Assembly (NCBI RefSeq): GCF_009834535.1
Contig: NC_045696.1
Location: forward strand, 63,986,001-64,050,000
Origin: Camelus ferus
Lineage: Eukaryota
Direction of reading: 5' to 3'
DNA: 64,000 bases
Translations under genes and position numbers: made by a program
The notes under the pieces: generated by a model
The model's input: only the letters and a program-made list of their open reading frames with translations
Told to the model about the DNA's origin: nothing
Database searches by the model: none
In this document: positions 14,111 to 27,245 of the stretch, one piece after another
How the letters are laid out: each line of letters starts with the position of its first letter
Position numbering within the stretch: position 1 is the stretch's first letter

Positions 14111-17100
14111 GATTTATTATTTTTTTAAATGGTAGAATTTTTATGTGAAGATAACTCAGGGACCAATTTGAAGTTTTTAAGAAATACCAGGCTAACAGGA
14201 AACCTGTCTTCAGGCCATTCTTTTTGAGCCTCCAGTTTAAGATTTTTGGATTAGGTCATCCACGTTGAGAATTACTCACCTGCATCTAGAAGTTAAATTA
14301 ACTTAGAGGCCACTTAGGAAATCATTCTTTGGCATGAAAGAGTGGCAAAAAAGAAAAGGACTGAGGCAAAAATTCGAATCAAATTTGTGGTTAAGATCAG
14401 CAGTGAGGTCAACTGCATTCCTTTAGCTTAATTTGTGGCGGTTGTGTGGAAATTGCAGCAAAACATTCTCTTCACGCACCAGGTTTGGAAATAAGGGGAA
14501 AGAGATTATCTTTAGGGAGGTAAACTTTTAAAAAATGAATCACTTACATTTTCAAATATTTAATGAAGCCAGTCGAGAAAAGCAAAATCGTCTTAAAGAG
14601 AATAAATGGCTCCCAGGCCAACAGGATTTGATAGTAATTGATTGAATATACTGAAAGAAGTCATGTCAGTCAGGGAGTTAGAGAAGATTCCAGAGCCCAG
14701 TTTAAGCCTTGTGTTTACATGAGCTCCCCTGGCAGGACAATCACAGCTGTGGAGACGGTGCTATTGGGACGATTACAAACTCTTAACATCTGCACATCTG
14801 CTCAGTGTGGCCGGTGCATACATCTCCCTCTCTCATGATGTTCCAACCTCTGAGCCCTGGGTAACTTGAGTCTTCCCTGTTCTGCTGGCAGCCTCTGGGA
14901 CTATAAGACTTAGAGCCGTTCTCAGGACTTGGTGGGCCCCCAGGTGATGATACCACCTGATGGAGCTTCTTGGAGTCCGCCACCACTCCGCTCTTGCTGT
15001 CCCCCTCTGGGACCCCACCCCCCCGCCCCACATTTCCATAAGCCCCAGTCTTCACGCTTCCTCTGTTCACTAAGTACTTACTTATTGCCAGGCCCCAAGG
15101 TCACGTTCTTAGTGTAAACTCTGAAAAATCAGCCTGGATATAGCCTTATGAACCCTCTAATACAGGGTCTTTTCTAGACTATGGGAACCCCCTGAATCTC
15201 TACGAAGAACTTTAGGTATGTGTGTTCTTGGGGAGAAAGTCTGTAGACTCTTAGGGGGTTCTTTTGGCTAAGGTGGCTTAGACCGTTGCTTCGAGGAGCA
15301 AAATTTGACTTCTTGAGCACGGAGGTTCTGCAGGGAGAAGGCCTGTACACCTGGAAGCCAGACTTTAAGCCCTTAGGGATGCAAAGGCTGTAGATGCCCA
15401 GGGACAGAGGGAGGAGGAGGATGTGTGGGTCGGCGGGGGCTAAAGAAAGGGACAGCACGCTATTCGGTAATGCACGTAGACTGCCATGAGGGTGATATTC
15501 TTTGGACATTTTCCTAACATTTTTTTTTTTTTCTGATTGATTTCTTTTTATGGGAGGGAGGAGTAGGTGGAGGGCTAGGTAGCAGGGACCGTTCCCTTAA
15601 GCATTTTCAGGGACATGGAACGCGCCCCGTAATGCAGGAAGGAAATTGCTATGGGGCAATACAAAACAGCACTGTACTAATTTTTGCAATTTTAAATCCA
15701 GTAGCTATTAATAGCCCCTGCAATGCAGTTAACTCCAAGTCAGTACAGTTCAACTCACTCCAACAAGCAATAACTGAATGCTCTTTGTCCACATTATTTC
15801 AGCTTTTCTATTGAAAAGTTCAATAGGTTAACGGGTCATGAGCTACTAACTGGTGGTGTCATATCCACAGATTGAAAGCAGGTAAGCTTTTAGAGTAACA
15901 CTGTGGTATCATTAGGGGATCTTCCCTGGCTTGCCTGGAGTACTTCTGGTCTACCTGCACTGTTTTGGTGTTACTGCTAATAGCACCCCATTCAGATGAC
16001 AATTTATTTGGTCGCTCCTCTATATAACTCTTTTATTGCTCTAACCTTATTTAATTTTTGTCTGTTTATTTGTTTCTTGAGCTTCCTATTAAACTAATGA
16101 GCTTCCTGAGGCTGGAAACATTTTCTCATTCATCTCTGTGTCTAGCACAAGGATGCGATTTGGTGGACACTTAAAAAAACATTGAACTGAATTTAAATTG
16201 AACTGAAATTAAAAACAGAATAAAGAAGAGCCTTAGAGTAGAAATAGGTCAGCTCACATTGTCTTCCATGTGCTGTCAAGATCTGGACTGGAGGCCCAGG
16301 TCTGAGTTACTATGAGCCTTGTGCCTTGGGAAACGTATTTAATCTTTTGCAACGAAATGCAAGTGTGTGTAAGGTGCTTAGTGAAAAGCTTTTAAGTGCT
16401 CAGTCAATGTTAGGTTCTGTCATTGTTTCCAAATCATTAGTTGCTAATAATAACTATTACTAAAATAACTTGAAATTCCAGCTTTCTTAGCTGGAAATGG
16501 AAGGTAAGAATTCCTGCTTTATTTTGATAATGAACATGAAGACACTTTGGAAACTACAGAGAGCTCTAATTGCATAGCCTGTAAAAGAAGGCAGGTAACA
16601 GAGAGATTGATGCTCATAGAACCAGCATAACTCGGGCAAATTATATGGGGACTCAGTTGAATGGCAAGATAAAGAAGCTTTTAAATATTTTTAAAAGATG
16701 ATTTTTTAAAATAGGGCCAGGTGGAAAGGGCGGGTAGAAGGTGATCTGTTCCAAAGTGTAGGAACATGATAAAAGCACATGGGAATAGATGGTGGGATGG
16801 ACTTGGGACAGATCTGGAATTTAGGATTGGGACCATACTCCATAAGGGTCTGACAAAGCATTGCTTCCGGCATGATAAGGGGACAGAACCATTCCAGCCT
16901 TGGCATCTGGGGAGCAACAGCTTGAGTATGCATGTCAGGATTGACATGCTACTTTGCAAAATCAGTCAAGAGCTTGTATTTCTGAGGTGAGGTGAGCATT
17001 TTATCAAAGGCACGCCAGATGTGGCCGAGAGCTGAGAAAAACATTCAGCACCTGCGTGCACTGCTAATAAGAGGAAGTAACCTCCTAATTACATATGAAA

Positions 17101-17339
17101 GCAGCTTTCAGCCCAGAAGCACAGAAACTTTTCTGATAATATATCTTCATCAAATGAGAAAGAGAAGTTGGTGGCTTTAAAGTTACATGTTCCAGATCCT
17201 TCATCCTAACAGGCAATTCTAACAAAAGTAGAACTGTTGACACTAGGAATTCTTAGATCTAAATGCTGATAAACCCAGGGGTTGAATTTCAGGTCTATGT
17301 TCAGGAAATGGTGAAGTAGTGGGAGCAGCAGCAGTGGTA

Positions 17340-17550
17340 GTAAATGCTTATGTAGCATTTATGTATAGTAACTCATTTAAATGTCAGAGCAGCCCTGTGA
17401 AGTGGGTACCATCGCCACCACCCGCATTTTATGGGTGACAAACTGAGGAATAAAGAGGTTAACTAACTTGTTCAAGGTCACACCCAGGAAGGGGTAGACT
17501 AGGCTTTGAACTCTAATAGTCTTCACCCAGAGAATGTGCTTTTCCCCCAG
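17340..17550 (-). mobile_element. MIR SINE
   Basis: MIR core (cattttatgggtgacaaactgagg...ttaactaacttgttcaaggtcacac). Confidence 0.65.
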
Positions 17551-18294
17551 GCACTCTGCTTCCTGTCAGTTGCAGCCATTATAACCAATATAAAGTGCAC
17601 CTGCAGCTTATTGGGGTAGAGCCTTGGAACTCTGGCCATACACTTCAGGGCTGGTTTTCCATTCTGTCCCAGGCTTCACTTGGAAAGAAGAAGTTTGTCC
17701 AGATTATAAATTTGTTAGAGGTCAGACTCTTATCTTCTTCATATTTGTATCCTCCAGGGTCTCCTGACCCCTCATAGCAGCTGCTCGGTAAGCACGAGTT
17801 GAAATAAATCAAATCGTCTCTATGGTTTCCCCCCACCCCTCGACATAACATTCTTTTTGTTACTGAACAAGAGAGGAGGGTGGGAATGCATAGCTCTACC
17901 CCAAACCTCCAAAGACAAGTTAGGATTTAGTTGTTATCTTCGTGTGGTCAAATACTTTCACCAAATCCTGACTCCAAACTCAAGACCTGGTTCTTGTACC
18001 TCCTGCCCACGGTGCTGCTGATCCCAGCCAAGGGAATCATTCATTGCTGCTGCTGCTGCCTCATTCTTCTGTCACATGGCTCGTGGGCACCTCTGTGAAG
18101 GCTGTGGAGCAAGCACAAGACTTGGAGGCTGACGGATCTAGGTTTGAACGTTGGCAGCAGAACTTGCCAGCTGTGTGGCCTTGGACAAGTCATTACATGC
18201 AGACTTTCTGAGCTCAGCCTCATCATTTATGAAGTGAGGGTAACATTATCCTACTCAGGGGATGCTTGAGAGACTTAAACAAGATAAGGATGGG

Positions 18295-18541
18295 GAGGAA
18301 TAAATTAGGGGTTGGGATTAACAGACATTCTCTCTCTCTCTATATATATAAAATAGCTAAACAACAAGGACCTATTGTATTGCTCAGGGAACTATATTCA
18401 ATTTCTTGTAACAACATATAATGGAAAAGAATCTGAAAATAAAAAATATACATGCATGTATGTATATAACTGAATCACTTTGCTGTACACTTGAAACTAA
18501 CATTACAAATCAACTATCCTTCAATTAAAAAAAAAAAAAAA
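18295..18541 (+). mobile_element. LINE-1 3' end with poly(A), next to a MIR at ~18085-18290
   Basis: aacaacaaggacctattgtat...gctgtacacttgaaactaaca...ttcaattaaaaaaa. Confidence 0.85.
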
Positions 18542-18728
18542 GGAAATAGTAAAAATACAAAAACAAAAAAACCCCAAACCCCAAAGATAATGTATCACGT
18601 AGTATAGGTTTGGCATCAGAGTGGTCACATGCTAAAATTGTAGAAACTGAATTTCCCAGTTAGATTCCAACTTCTTGGAGGCCTGGGATCGTGTATTACA
18701 CTTTGCCAGGAGTCTTTCTCCCCACTTT

Positions 18729-19197
18729 TGTAACTAAGCAGGACCATGTGGGGCCTTCCCAGGACAGACCCCTCCCCCATAACCTCTGCTGTAGCTCCTC
18801 TCTGAAGTACCCACATAGTAATATCTCATGTATATTTCCTGATATTTCAGATGCTTAAAACCACCAGCAAATGAGAGAAAATGAACTACTTAATGATCGG
18901 GAGCGCGTGGCCCCAGACCTTCTGGCGCCTAGGGGTTGACAGTGTTGACCGCCCTGTTACCTCAGCGCCCACCAATCAGAGAATTGTGCACGAGCTGATC
19001 ACGTACCCTCAACCCCACCTCCTTTAAAGGCCTATGCTTTGCTGAAACTTTTTGGGGAGTTCAGGATTTTCTTGGACATAAGCCTCCTTGTCCTCCTTCC
19101 TCAGCTCTGTGATAAACCTTTCTCTGCTCCAAAATTGGACGTTTCAGTTTGTTTGGCCTCATGGTGCAGCGGGCACATGAACTTGCATTCGGTAACC
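18729..19197 (+). mobile_element. Solo LTR (ERV1-like)
   Basis: Starts TGTAAC and ends GGTAACC (degenerate ..CA); 4-bp TSD CTTT at 18725-18728 and 19198-19201; CCAAT at 18972, TTTAAA at 19023 and degenerate polyA signal GATAAA at 19111 lie in the expected U3-R-U5 order. Confidence 0.8.
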
Positions 19198-19337
19198 CTT
19201 TTTCCACCCCTCATTCTGTCCTCCTTTCACCCTCCTCCACTTTTTCATTCTCTGCCCCCCAGTTTTATCGCCCAAATTCCAGTTTGTTCCTTTGTTGTTT
19301 ATTGTGCTTATTCGGGATCATTTTGGTTCTGTCCCAG

Positions 19338-19511
19338 GAGATATTTGGCTACCGGACTCAGAGCTGCCGGAAAACCCTCTGCCTTGCCGGCTCCATTTTC
19401 TCCTTTGGGATTCTCCCCTTGGTGTTTTACTGGAGACCCGCTTGGCACGTGTGGGCAAACTGCATCCCGTGTTCCTTGCAAGAAGCAGATGTCGTGCTGC
19501 TGAGGACAACA
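19338..19511 (+). CDS. ATP13A4: ATP13A4 (P5B-type cation/polyamine-transporting ATPase), coding exon 2
   Basis: gtcccag| 174 nt |gtaagt, phase 0-0; EIFGYRTQSCRKTLCLAGSIFSFGILPLVFYWRPAWHVWANCIPCSLQEADVVLLRTT is near-identical to the recalled human ATP13A4 N-terminus. Confidence 0.95.
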
Positions 19512-21049
19512 GTAAGTATGTCCCCGGTCTTGTACCTTGCGGCCTTTTCCCCCGGACGTCTTGTGATGGGATGGCTGTGGGGAGAGGGGCGCAGGGCAGG
19601 CGGCAGCTGGAGGTTCCAGCCTTTGGTTCTGTCACAGCCTTTCATTTATTTACCAAGAGTTCAATAATTTGTGTATGATGGGATTTCATGAAGAAGACCT
19701 ATGTCACAGGGTAGTCCTTTTAAAACTGTGATTTTAGTGAATATTGGAGTAGGGAATAATCATGTTATTGGCTAAAAGTAATAGGTAGTGTGAAGGGAAG
19801 TCAGGCTCCAGGCAGTAACATTCACACTCATTTTTCCCCTGCATCCTGACATATCCATGCTTATCCCAGCCCTCCTCCAGTGGAGCATCCCTGGGGGAAG
19901 GGAGGAAGGAGAAGGGGGAGGAGATGGGAAGCAACCTCCCCCACCCGGCAGAGGATACAGTCTTCCACAGCTCCTTGAGGGAGCCACGGTTCTTGGTAAG
20001 GGTGTATTACATCCTGCAGACGTGCTAGGGTAAAAATGCAGCCATCTTGTCCCCGAGGTCATTGCCCTTTTCTGCTAATACCAGGTCCTGGTGTCAGGTG
20101 AGAGTCCCTATATTCTCTTTGACACTGACACTCATCACACTTAGGCGATGAGCACTGTTCTTGCTGGAGTGTCAGCTCCACAAGAGAGGGGACCATTTCC
20201 AACTTGCTAATTGCTGCATCCCTAGATACTGCACGGGGTACAGATTCCATAAATGCGTGGTGGTTGACAGGCTAAAGTAGATATTCCTCTTGATAAGAGT
20301 CAAAGTACAGTCTCACAGAGGACCCATTTCTGTCTGTCTTTTACTGAGTGGGTCTCCCAATGCATCAGCCCAAAAGACCCAGAACGACAACCCAATTCTA
20401 GATAAATCAAACTCTACTGGCTGTTAGCTTTTTTTATGTACAACAACCTCTCTAAACATTTTCTTTATTGCAGCAGGAGGAGAGGACAGCAACTAGTCTT
20501 ATAACTGATGAAAAAACAAAAGTTCCACAATTCAATCTAATGGAGTTGGGGCTAGACCCCAGGGAAACTAGGACTGGGATGAGGTTTGTCTTTGTGAACT
20601 TGGCTTCCCTGGGGTCAGCCCCACCCCTTATTTCTGGATCTTGGCCACTTCAAGAACCACCTATTCTATGCCTCAGCTTAGCTGACATATGAACCATGAC
20701 ACAGGTGACAGCTGAAGCAGTTCCTCCCAACTTCAACTATAATTTAACTCGGATTCTTGGAGAATAAAGTTCAAGACCTTAAGAAGGCTAGATTCTAGTG
20801 GAGTAAGAGCAAGTCATATTGATGATGTTAGGCTGCCTCAAGCCATAGTTCATGAAGGCTCAGGGAATCTGCATGAGAGAAGACTGCCTGGTGCTCACCA
20901 AGGAAGACTTCGTCCTTTGATGGGGAGGAAATGGGGCCTGGAGAGGGGACACACCCACACTTCTTGGTGAGAGAAGACCTAACCAGGACTAAGTTGCATT
21001 TATCCCAGCTCCTAGTTCAAGGCTGTTTCCCATGCAACTGCACCGAGAC

Positions 21050-21235
21050 CAGTAGTTTCCAAACTTCCACAGGCATTGGAATCATCCAGAAGGTTTCTTA
21101 ACGTAGATTGCTGGGCCCCGTCCCCAGAGTTTCTAATTCTTTAGATTTGGACTGGGCCTCAAGAATTTGCATTTTAAGCCAGTTCTGAAGTGATGCTAAT
21201 GCTTCTGATAAGGGACCCTACCTTGTGCAACACTG
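21050..21235. mobile_element. MER5-like hAT-Charlie DNA transposon relic
   Basis: cagtagtttccaaactt...gattgctgggcccc...gaatttgcatttt...caacactg, with short terminal inverted ends. Confidence 0.7.
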
Positions 21236-21889
21236 CCGTAGGTAGTCCTCACTCCCATTTATGAGCTCATTTGGTCCTTGGGAGACAAATAGAGGCCTGG
21301 ATATTTGCTGTATGGCTCACCAATGTATATTTATATAGTTTCAAGGAGAACGATTGATATTTAGCGAAGTGTTGTAAGTGGTCCTCTTACACACAGCCTG
21401 AGTGTCTTGCTGGAACGGGTAGAGAGAGATTTGTTTTCCGGGGCTCAGGGTGGAAACATAAAAACTAATGTAAAACTACATCTTTGGGATCCTTTCATAG
21501 ATCAACCCCCTCCATGTGAACTTAAGGACCTATGAGATTCTTAATTTTGGGCGTGAAAGGAGGATTTGGAAAATACTTTACTCTACCCTGCAGTTACTTC
21601 CATTTCTTCCAACTAGTTCTCAGAGGGCAATGCTTTTGCTTCAACAGAAACAACCTCAGAAACAGAAAAGCTTTCTGCCTTTCAGAATGTGCCCCCAGAC
21701 TCTTCTGATGGGAGAACACCTGGTCGGCAGAGCTGTAAGCTCTGAGGTTGCTAGCAGGGTCAAGGCACAGACAGAAATAAGAGGAAATGAAGAAGGAAAT
21801 GGCAAGGAAGGGAGCAAAACGAAGGCAATGGAGAAGGAAGTAGGGAAAAGGAAAATGAAGAGGAAGGAAAGAGAAAGAAAGAAAGAAGT

Positions 21890-22075
21890 AGTAAGATACA
21901 AGCTACTATGTGTAAAATAGATAAGGAAGTGTATATTGTACGGCACAGGGAATTATAGCCACAATTTTGTAATAACTTTCAATGGAATATGACTGTAGAA
22001 ATACTAAATCACTATGCTGTACACTTGAGACTAATATAATACTGTAAATCAACTGTACTTCAATTAAAAAAAAAC
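21890..22075 (+). mobile_element. LINE-1 3' end
   Basis: gctgtacacttgagactaatataa...aatcaactgtacttcaattaaaaa. Confidence 0.8.
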
Positions 22076-22217
22076 CTTAAAATTTATAAAGAAAAAAGAA
22101 AGATCTGGCAAGAGTGAAAGAAGTAAAAAAGTGCCATCCAACAGGGAAATGGTGCATTTTGGGTTTTGGAATCCAAAGTTTTGAACTTCTAGTCTTAGCA
22201 CCTTAGATGTGTGATGT

Positions 22218-22220
<3 letters not shown>

Positions 22221-22250
<30 letters not shown>

Positions 22251-22378
22251 GGGGGGAGGTAATTAAGTTTCTTTACTTAAATTTTTTTTCTACTGGAGGT
22301 ACTGGGGATTGAACCCTGCACCTTGGGCATGCTAGGCACCACTCATTCTACCACTGAGCTGTATCGCCCCCCCCCCCC
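22221..22378 (-). mobile_element. tRNA-derived SINE (Vic-1-like) with long poly(A)
   Basis: Poly-T run followed by ggaggtactggggattgaaccc...ctaccactgagctg. Confidence 0.88.
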
Positions 22379-22541
22379 TTAGCTTTTTACTTAAACTTTC
22401 AGGACCTCAGGGTCTCTATTTATAAAACAGGTCTAGTAAAATGCACTTGTCCTTTCTTGGTTTGGTGTGAGGATGAAGCGAGATCACATATGTAACAGCC
22501 ATTCACAAACTGTAAAATGCATTATCAAAGACCATTTTGAT

Positions 22542-22545
22542 TGTG

Positions 22546-22575
<30 letters not shown>
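22542..22575. repeat. Imperfect (TG)n microsatellite
   Basis: Seen directly. Confidence 0.9.
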
Positions 22576-22576
<1 letters not shown>

Positions 22577-25500
22577 TGTTGCTCAAGCAGCTCCACATGC
22601 TTGCTGTATAAAAGGGCTTTGCTATGGACCAGAAGCACCGATGTCTAATGGCCCTACTCATCTGGATGCTGCATCCTTCCCTCACTAGCCAGGAGCCCTG
22701 GCATTTCCTTCCAGGACAGGAGACATGGGGAAGGCGTCCTGTAGCTAGGAATCCCCAGCCGTCATCCGTGTTCAGTCAGGTCACCTCTCCTAGTTGCATG
22801 GGGTCAGCTTTGCAACTGGACCAATAGTGGAAGGATTCAAACAGGCATAAGTGCCTTAGGGGGCTGCGTTCCATTCTCCCCCCTCTTTCTTTGCCCTTCT
22901 CCCTTTCATTGCTCTCTACAAATAATCAGAGCTATTGAAATCAGCTTCCATCTTGACGTTCTCATCTTGATTTCAACTTTAATTTTTAATTACCTGCTCT
23001 TGGGCGTCAGTTTAAATGGATTTGCTATGCCAGAGACTCTCCAAATAAATGAGGTGCTAAATTAGTCTTTATGTAATTAGACAAGAACTCAATTATTTCA
23101 AACACTTTTACTCTGAGAGCCTTAGATTAAAATAAGCTTTGGGCACCAATAGTTTAAAAGTCTGCTGTTAGGTTATTTGCATTAAAATGACACCTGAAGA
23201 AAGACATTATCTGAATTATAATAGCTGGACAGTAAAGATTTCCCAGGAAGAAAGACTGGGTGACTGATACCTGAAAATGTGTTGCATCTGTTTTTCATGT
23301 TATTAAAAAATCAGTACTTGGTATTTATCATCAGTCTCACAGATGTAAGATTACAGATCATTATCACAGATACTGATTAGGTAATCATTTCTTAACACTA
23401 AAAAAAATAGTAATGTGATATACCGACTCGAAGTCTTTAGCACCCAGTTTATTTTCTGCTCCCCTTTTCTTATTAAGGACCTCTAAGAATGAGATTTTTC
23501 CAAAAGATAAGAGTAATTACATTTTTATTTTATAATGTAAAAAATGGCATTTTATTTATTATTCATCTACTTCTGAATTTTAACCAATATCTGGAGGATG
23601 CCACATTGCTATGCAAATAACATGATTTGCATTCATTGGCCTCTTTGAATTCAGATGCTCTTGATGATTTCCATAGTTTTCATCTTTATCATGATTACAA
23701 ATACATTTTTCCCTTCACTGTCATTGTATGTCGCGTGTTGCCAGAGGCTCCCGAAGTGCAGAGGAGAACTTGTGATGATGGGCTATTAGGCCTGCCTCCG
23801 GGCATTTCATTCCAATGCTTTAACGGGGAACGTTTTCCCTTGTTGCACCTAAAGATGTCGTGCAACGGGCTGTAGTTTGAACACTTAGAAATCTGGCAAA
23901 CCGGCCATGCACATGGCATGCAGAGTCCACCAGCCCACCAGACACTCATCAGCCACCAGTGTCTGTGTTCATGTTTCCTGGATTCCTGCTTCCACCCCTC
24001 CCTTCTCCTCTGCAACCTGGTCTCTCCAAGCCCAGGCTCCCCACATCAGCATCATTTTCTAAGGGAACCAGATACTTTGTTTTGTCTATGTTTTTACTCA
24101 TAAAATTTCTTCTGATATTTCCTATCTCCTTCCTTCATTCGTTCCCTTATTTATTCATTCAGTAAGTATTTATTGAGCATCAATTATGTACCAAACATTG
24201 TGATAAGCACTGGGAATACAGTTATGAACAGCCATGGAAATCCCTCTTCTCACACAGTGACATTCTGGAGAGGAGTCAACTCATACACACACACACACCC
24301 TCTACACAGTAAACGTACAAAGTAGATGTTCTATCTCTACTTACTAAAACCTACTCATTCCTCAGCCATATACCACCTTCCCTATTAAATCTTTGTTGAT
24401 CCGTTCTCTGCCCTAATTCCAGAGGGAATTAATCACCTGTTCATTCTCTTTTAGCTCTGTATTTTTAACTGACTGCTGTAATGCTTTCTGCAGTCTGCCT
24501 TACATTAAAATGCCATTTCATTTTACATTTTATAAAACGGCATCTCATTGATTATATTATTTGATTCCCATAACAACCCTGGGAAATGGCATGCTCATTT
24601 TTATTTTACAGATGAGGATACAGAGAGGACAAGTGAATTTGCAACCTTCTAAGTGTCAGCCAGGATTTCGTCCTCCCTTCCTTTCTCCCTCTTTCCCTTC
24701 TTCCTTCCTTCATAAATTTGATGAGCACAGGTTGTATGCCAGCCACACCGCTAGCTCGTGGGTAGGAAGTGGGGGGAGTATGACGGTTAGGAAAATCTGG
24801 GTTCTTGACTTCATGCAGTTCATCAGATCTCTACACAAATAAATGCAAACCTCTGACTGTCATAAGTGGTACTTAGGAAAGGTTCATGGTTATTGTAGGA
24901 TTACAGACAAGGGATATGACTAAGTCAAGAAAACCAGGAAAGGCTTTTCTGAGCATCAGAGGATGGTAAAGAATTAGAATGTGATGGTGGCTGGTGGGGA
25001 GGAGCACATGGGGAATGGTCCAGGTAAAGGGGACAGCATGGACAAAGAACTTGAACTTGTCTCTGACTCTCTAAGTTCAGGGTTTTCCCCTAGTAAGTTA
25101 CATACCTTTTTATAGCCTTTTCTCTTATTAGACTATAAGCTTTTTGGAGATAGTGGCCATGGCTTTTTATTTCCCATAGCACCTAGCACATGGCCATAGC
25201 AGGTACTCAATATTTATTTAATTTAATTTAATTTAGTAAATGAATTGACTCTTTAATAAATGGTCTTGCGATTTCCACCAACACTTTATCACAAAGACAC
25301 TAAAGTGAAAGCCATGGCTGAGAAAGTAAGAGAAGATGCCGCCATTATGTTTCTTTTAGGTACTCCTTTCCTCTTCTGAATACCATTCCCCCTTCCTCCA
25401 TTTTAAATCATTTTTTGTTAGGCATTCAGTTAGAAATCCCTGAAACTCTGTAGGCTGGGCTCTCAGAGATGATTTTTTATTAAGACAAATAGTTTTGAGG

Positions 25501-25629
25501 CCATTATCTACAATACAGGGCTATTTATATTGTGATTTATAGTTTGCAAAGGATTTGCACGTATGTTGCCTGATTTGGTCCTCACTGGTAGAAATTACTT
25601 TTTCCCCATTTTACATAGGAAGCATAAAG

Positions 25630-26460
25630 AAGTTAAAGAAATTACCTACAGAATGGGAGAAATATTTGCAAATGATGGGATGGATAAGGGAATAATTTCC
25701 AAAGTATACAAACACTTTAATACCCCCCCAAAAGCAACCTAAGTAAAAAAAAATGGGCAGAAGACTGAAATAGACATCTCTCCAAAGAAGACATGCAAAT
25801 GGCCGACAAGCACATGAAAAGATGCTCAACATCACTAACTGTTAGAGAACTACAAATCAAAACTACAATGAGATGTCACCTCATGCCAGTCAGACTGGCC
25901 ATCATTAAAAGTCTACAAACAATAAATGCTGCAGAGGATATAGAGAAAAGGGAACCCTTCTATGCTGTTGGTGGGAATGTAAATTGGTGCAGACAATATG
26001 GGGGTTCCTTAAAAAACTAAAAATAGACTTACCTTATGATCCAGCAATCCCACTTCTGGGCTTGCACCCAGAGAAAAATATAATTCAAAAAGACACATGC
26101 ACCCTAATGTTCACAGCAGCACTATTTACAATGGCCAAGACATGGAAACAACCTAAATGTCCATCAACAGATGACTGGATAAAGAAGATGTGGTATATAC
26201 AATGGAATAGTATGCAGCCATAAAAAAGAATAAAATAATGCCATTTGCAGCAACATGGATGGTCCTGGAGATCATCATTCTAAGTGAAGTAAGCCAGAAA
26301 GAAAAAGAAAAATGCCAGATGATATCACTTATATGTGGAATCTAAAAAAAAAGAGGGGCACAAACGAATTTACCTGCAAAATATAGATAGACTCACAGAC
26401 ATAGAGAACAAACTTATGATTACCAGAGGGTAAAGGCGGTGGGAAGAGATAAATTGGGAA
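25630..26460 (+). mobile_element. LINE-1 ORF2 3' fragment
   Basis: ORFs 25793..26020 and 25984..26223 ([43 protein letters not shown]) are frameshifted L1 ORF2p. Confidence 0.92.
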
Positions 26461-26791
26461 TTCGAAAATTGCACCTCTTGGGGAGTGATGGAAACATTGT
26501 CTATCTTGATTGTGGTGGTGGTTTCATGGATGTATACATCTATCAAAGTTCATCAAATTGTACATCTGAAATATGTGTAGTTTACTGTATCACAATAAAA
26601 ATGTTAAAAAAAATGCTCATGAATCCAGAGCTGTAAGCAGTGAAAACAAAATTTATGCTGAGTTGTTCAGGATTTCTTCTTTTTACATAAAAATATGGAT
26701 ATTGTGTTTGCTTTGTCATATAACTTTCCTGCTTTGGTCACCTCCCCCCCACCCCACTTCCTTTTTGGAGGATGTGGTTCAACATACCCTG

Positions 26792-27245
26792 TGTCAACCA
26801 AAAATAATGCAAAAGGCTACAGATAAGAGTTTATTTGGGGTCTTAAGAACAGCAATTTGGGAGACATATAAGGTAACCCTGAAAGAGTGTTCTGGGGACG
26901 AGAAAGTGTCAGGGGCTTATAAAGACAAAAAACCTACAAGGTTGTTAAAAGTTGCCTGGAGAGAATTGTGATTGGCTCTAACACAGATCAGAAAATATTT
27001 GTCCTTAAAAATCAGTCATTTTAGGGTAGGGGCCCAATAAATAGATAGATTGACATGATTTGTCTTAGGGTAAGGGTCTGAGAAATACCTTGAGTCTCTG
27101 GCAGGTGTTGTGGATGATTTCATCAAGTCAAAAGTTCAGATTCTATCTAGGCTAAGAGGTGCATGTCACACTTCCTTAATGGCCTCCTGGCTCCATTTAA
27201 GAGAGCTCTCTTAGCAATATTGAGTCCAGTTTGATTTTTCTTTCA
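26792..27245 (-). mobile_element. 3' LTR of a decayed ERV1-like element
   Basis: On the - strand it starts TGAAAG and ends GTTGACA; AATAAA near its end (plus tttatt 26830-26835); preceded by a purine tract (AAAGGAGAAATT). Confidence 0.65.

Noticed and set aside
1..19337. ATP13A4 coding exon 1 (recalled MGHFEKGQHALLNEGEENEM)
   Set aside because: Not found by eye; intron 1 is long in human, so it is probably upstream of the window.
23655..23725. Exon-like segment (ttcag|ATG...|gtatgt) in ATP13A4 intron 2
   Set aside because: 71 nt would shift the frame, and exons 2 and 3 already join seamlessly; no recognisable protein similarity.
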